Shown here piece by piece: positions 14,229 through 16,868 of a stretch of 16,868 bases of DNA. Numbering within the stretch: position 1 is the first letter of the stretch; each line of letters opens with the position of its first letter. The position numbers were made by a program, and so were the translations under genes. Under the pieces are notes generated by a model that worked only from the letters and a program-made list of their open reading frames with translations, was not told the origin of the DNA and did no database searches. This DNA is from a virus (lineage: Duplodnaviria; Heunggongvirae; Uroviricota; Caudoviricetes), in IMG/VR virus record IMGVR_UViG_2671180804_000001, one strand, 5' to 3'.

Positions 14229-14878
14229 ACGACTTCTCTCGCCTTGCTGGTGCGTTGCAGTTTGTCGGCGCTGATAGTGAGAGCGCCAGTTCGTCTATTG
14301 AGGGATTTGCGAAGGCGCTGAAGGAGGCAAGTAGCGGCAGCAATCAGGGCATGATGGCGGCATTTGCGACAATTGGTGTGCAGATACAGAAAAATAAAGA
14401 CGGGTCTGTTGATACGCTAAAAACGTTACAGGAAATTGCGAGAATTTTCCCTAAATACCGCTCGGAACAACAGAAGTCAATCGCTGACAGTCTTGGTCTG
14501 ACACCTGAAATGCTGGCGTTAATGCGTGAGGGGGCGCGAATGAAAACCCTTCTGGCAAAAGCCGATAAAGTTGGACTGACAGTCGATCCCACGCTCAATC
14601 AGCAACTGACGGACTTTAACTCTGCAATAAACGAGGTCAGTGCCTCATGGGATGGCTTTAAGTCTAAAGTCGAGCGTAAAATTTACTCGCACCTTGATAA
14701 TAACGGCATAACAGATACTGTACGTGGCGCATCTGATATGCTTGAGAACAACTTTGACAATATCTCAATTGGTCGCTTCTCGGGACAAAACAAAGGGGAT
14801 GATTCTGCATTAATGCGCCGAGCATTGCGCGACCCTGAGTTTATCAAACAGCTCGATGGGAATGAAAAAACCAGCTGA
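14057..14878 (+). CDS. Central segment of the interrupted gene
   Basis: 273-aa ORF in the -1 frame relative to 13818. No RBS at its own ATG, so it is more likely a continuation than an independent gene. The helical, Ala/Leu-rich composition loosely resembles the N-terminal part of tape-measure-like proteins; this is my impression only. Confidence 0.5.
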   Translation: MVGDISGKLEKMAKIGLVGGAIGGVAYATGKLAESYREASREAYNLDVSSKNAGMRVDDFSRLAGALQFVGADSESASSSIEGFAKALKEASSGSNQGMMAAFATIGVQIQKNKDGSVDTLKTLQEIARIFPKYRSEQQKSIADSLGLTPEMLALMREGARMKTLLAKADKVGLTVDPTLNQQLTDFNSAINEVSASWDGFKSKVERKIYSHLDNNGITDTVRGASDMLENNFDNISIGRFSGQNKGDDSALMRRALRDPEFIKQLDGNEKTS

Positions 14879-14889
14879 CTGCTGGCGTT

Positions 14890-15642
14890 ATGACTGATCA
14901 GGCGAGAAATAAATACCGCAGACATTATTATAACCAGGACAGGGCACAACAATTACTGGACGATATGTCCGCCATTACCCGCCCTCAGGCTCCAGGTAGA
15001 AATAATGTGCCATATAACCAAGGGGGTCAGTATGATTCTATTTTTAGCGATGCTGGCAAAAAATGGGGCGTCGACCCGCGTCTACTCAAAGCCATTATGA
15101 TGCAAGAATCTGGTGGCAATCCTAATGCTATTAGTGACGCTGATGCTCGTGGGTTAATGCAGATAATCCCCCCGAACTTCAAAGCCACCGGGATAACGGA
15201 CTGGAAAGACCCAAACCAGAATATTAATGCTGGAGCACAAATTTTATCCGAAAACTTACAGAGGTCAGGTGGCGACGTACCTCTGGCGCTTCGATATTAC
15301 CACGGAGGATATGACCGCCGTCGATGGGGGCCAAAAAATCAGGCTTATCCATATGCGGTCCTCGATAATTACCAGCAAATTATTAAAGGTGAAGCCCGCC
15401 AACGTGACGGCTTTCCAGATATCCCCATTAATGGGCAATCTGCAGGTTCAGGAATTTTGCAGCCAATTCAGAATGGGAGCCGTAGTGAAAGTACGCTCAC
15501 TGATAACCTGGCTCGTTCGCTTAAAGAGGCAATGTCCGATCAGACGCTGAAGCTTGAAATCACCATGGTCAATGATAAGGGTGAACGTAAGACCTACAAC
15601 GTTGAGAATAATGGACGGATCACCACGCCAATGAATTATTGA
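14890..15642 (+). CDS. Lytic transglycosylase (SLT) domain protein, C-terminal segment of the interrupted gene
   Basis: 250 aa. Family-1 lytic transglycosylase motifs are present: MMQESGGNPNA (catalytic Glu-Ser), GLMQI, and a downstream YYHGG block. Its frame is open from 14866 and overlaps the stop of the preceding ORF at an A6 homopolymer. Confidence 0.7.
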   Translation: MTDQARNKYRRHYYNQDRAQQLLDDMSAITRPQAPGRNNVPYNQGGQYDSIFSDAGKKWGVDPRLLKAIMMQESGGNPNAISDADARGLMQIIPPNFKATGITDWKDPNQNINAGAQILSENLQRSGGDVPLALRYYHGGYDRRRWGPKNQAYPYAVLDNYQQIIKGEARQRDGFPDIPINGQSAGSGILQPIQNGSRSESTLTDNLARSLKEAMSDQTLKLEITMVNDKGERKTYNVENNGRITTPMNY

Positions 15643-15755
15643 TACCGACAGGCACTCAGGAGGTGACCGTATATAAAAATGGGTCCTTCCTGAGACTTTT
15701 GTAAGGCACGGGCATTGCGCGCCGCAGTGTTTTCCTAGCTACAGGTTTTGAATTT

Positions 15756-15961
15756 GATTGACACTTTACACTAAGGTTTTTCCGGTTGCTGGGTTGTTAA
15801 CTCCCTTGAGCGGCAAGGGATTACCGGGAATAACCGCCGATCCTGATTGACAGTCAGATTGACACTTTCTGCCTGAAAAGTGTCAACCGGACAGAAAAAG
15901 TGTCAAGTAGCTGGCGCTTTACAGTTTGATTGACAGTTTCCCGCTGGTGGGTTGACACATT
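15756..15961. promoter_or_regulatory. Cluster of TTGACA(C/G)TTT repeats upstream of the TerS-like gene
   Basis: Copies at 15756..15767, 15845..15854, 15857..15868, 15928..15939 and 15952..15961 (forward) and 15877..15886 and 15897..15906 (reverse). The pair 15857..15868 / 15877..15886 forms an inverted repeat around a short spacer. Confidence 0.45.
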
Positions 15962-15994
15962 GCCTGCCAATGACAATTACCCAGGAGAAAAAAT

Positions 15995-16582
15995 ATGTCA
16001 CTGATGAGTGTGAGTCAGTACGCTAAACACGCAGGGCTAAGTCGTCAGGCCCTTTACAACTGGGAGGCTAAGCAAGGTTTCCCCGCACGAGTGGACGGCA
16101 AGATTGACCAACTGGCCTGTGATGCTTATCTAGCCCGGTATCGTAGTAGCAGTGACCCGCGTACAAAGAATGCAAAGAGCAAGCCCATATCGGCTAGGGA
16201 GGTAAAGTCGATGGGGCGTGAACCGGTAGATATGAGTGTGACCGAGATAAAGCGCATTATGGCTGGCGACGCTAACAAAGCGGCCGGAATGGTCCTAGAA
16301 GAGCATGCTCAACTAGCTGCACAAGCAGTGGGCCTGTTTTTGAGTAAAGGGCCGAATAATCCCCCTGTCACATTTGGTGGTTACCGCTTGTCGATTGTTG
16401 AAACGCCAGATCATGAAGTTGGGCAGATCATTGCTGGTGGTGCGTTCGGCCTGTCTGCTGACGATGTAATTTTTGAATGCCGGGATTACACCCTGGCACT
16501 AATGAGTGATGAGACCGAAGAAACAGCCATGCGGAGGGTTACTCCTTCGCTACTGTACGCCCTGGCCGACTACAACCACTAA
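15995..16582 (+). CDS. HTH-domain protein, terminase small subunit-like (possible packaging protein)
   Basis: 195 aa with GGAG RBS. The N-terminal HTH (VSQYAKHAGLSRQALYNWEAKQGFP) is similar in pattern to the lambda Nu1-type TerS DNA-binding motif, as I recall it. Confidence 0.5.
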   Translation: MSLMSVSQYAKHAGLSRQALYNWEAKQGFPARVDGKIDQLACDAYLARYRSSSDPRTKNAKSKPISAREVKSMGREPVDMSVTEIKRIMAGDANKAAGMVLEEHAQLAAQAVGLFLSKGPNNPPVTFGGYRLSIVETPDHEVGQIIAGGAFGLSADDVIFECRDYTLALMSDETEETAMRRVTPSLLYALADYNH

Positions 16583-16610
16583 AGCAAAGTGTGCCTGCAG
16601 GCTCCTGTTT

Positions 16611-16634
16611 GCCAGCCTCCGGGCTGGTTTTTTT
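16611..16634 (+). terminator. Rho-independent terminator
   Basis: CCAGCC - tccg - GGCTGG stem-loop followed by TTTTTTT, about 30 bp after the TerS-like stop. Confidence 0.65.
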
Positions 16635-16676
16635 GCGTTATTGCTCCATGAGTTCGGATCACAAAAGGATACTATC

Positions 16677-16868
16677 ATGTTGAAACAGGCAAAAATCGAG
16701 GCTGTGATTGAAGAATTGGCACGCCAGCAGGGGCACGAGCTTAATGCCGCCGATATGCTGGAGATTCGTTGCCGTGTGGCCTGTACGCTAGCGGCCAAAG
16801 AACGGCACCGCTGGCGCATGACAGCACCCGAATACCGATGGCGCAAGCCTGATAAATTACGCCGTTGA
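16677..16868 (+). CDS. Hypothetical small protein
   Basis: 63 aa from ATG 16677 with AAGGA upstream. The ORF track starts at 16506, but that upstream part runs through the terminator. The TGA stop is the last three bases of the window. Confidence 0.45.
   Translation: MLKQAKIEAVIEELARQQGHELNAADMLEIRCRVACTLAAKERHRWRMTAPEYRWRKPDKLRR

Larger units (their letters stand above)
892..16868 (+). mobile_element. Integrated P4-like / PICI-like satellite element, partial (right boundary outside window)
   Basis: Integrase next to a chromosomal gene, followed by AlpA-like regulator, antirepressor, a coupled small-gene operon ending in a primase/helicase, an iteron array, AT-rich cargo genes and a TerS-like gene, nearly all on the plus strand. 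The left boundary lies somewhere in 892..1158 and cannot be placed exactly without the other end. Confidence 0.7.

Noticed and set aside
15227-15550. 107-aa alternative-frame ORF (and minus-strand 14683..14952, 14344..14598) within the SLT and central segments
   Set aside because: They overlap a frame with clear lytic transglycosylase motifs and have no RBS.
16506-16676. N-terminal extension of the last ORF back to 16506
   Set aside because: The extension runs through the TerS-like gene's 3-prime end and the intrinsic terminator at 16611..16634. The internal ATG at 16677 with AAGGA upstream is the more plausible start.

Overview
The window starts with the chromosomal DNA adenine methyltransferase gene yhdJ (minus strand, 1..891) and from about 892 onward is occupied by an integrated P4-like / PICI-like satellite element that runs past the right edge. 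Plus-strand order: tyrosine integrase; a very AT-rich orphan gene; an AlpA-family regulator; an AntA-like antirepressor; a divergent small RHH-like regulator (minus); a translationally coupled replication operon of five small genes ending in a 710-aa primase/helicase-like protein; an array of 12 TGAACCAAC iterons (putative ori); a small ORF and a second AlpA/Xis-like gene; a long non-coding control region; an AT-rich three-gene operon with its own terminator; a coupled RHH-like ORF plus two paralogous genes; a lytic-transglycosylase gene that appears broken by two -1 frameshifts; a cluster of TTGACA(C/G)TTT repeats; a terminase-small-subunit-like HTH gene; a terminator; and a 63-aa ORF ending at the window edge. 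The best candidates for an undescribed system are the AT-rich three-gene operon (10354..12224) and the AT-rich orphan gene next to int (2388..3212). No tRNA, rRNA or CRISPR array was found. All calls come from reading the sequence and ORF translations by eye; no database search was possible.
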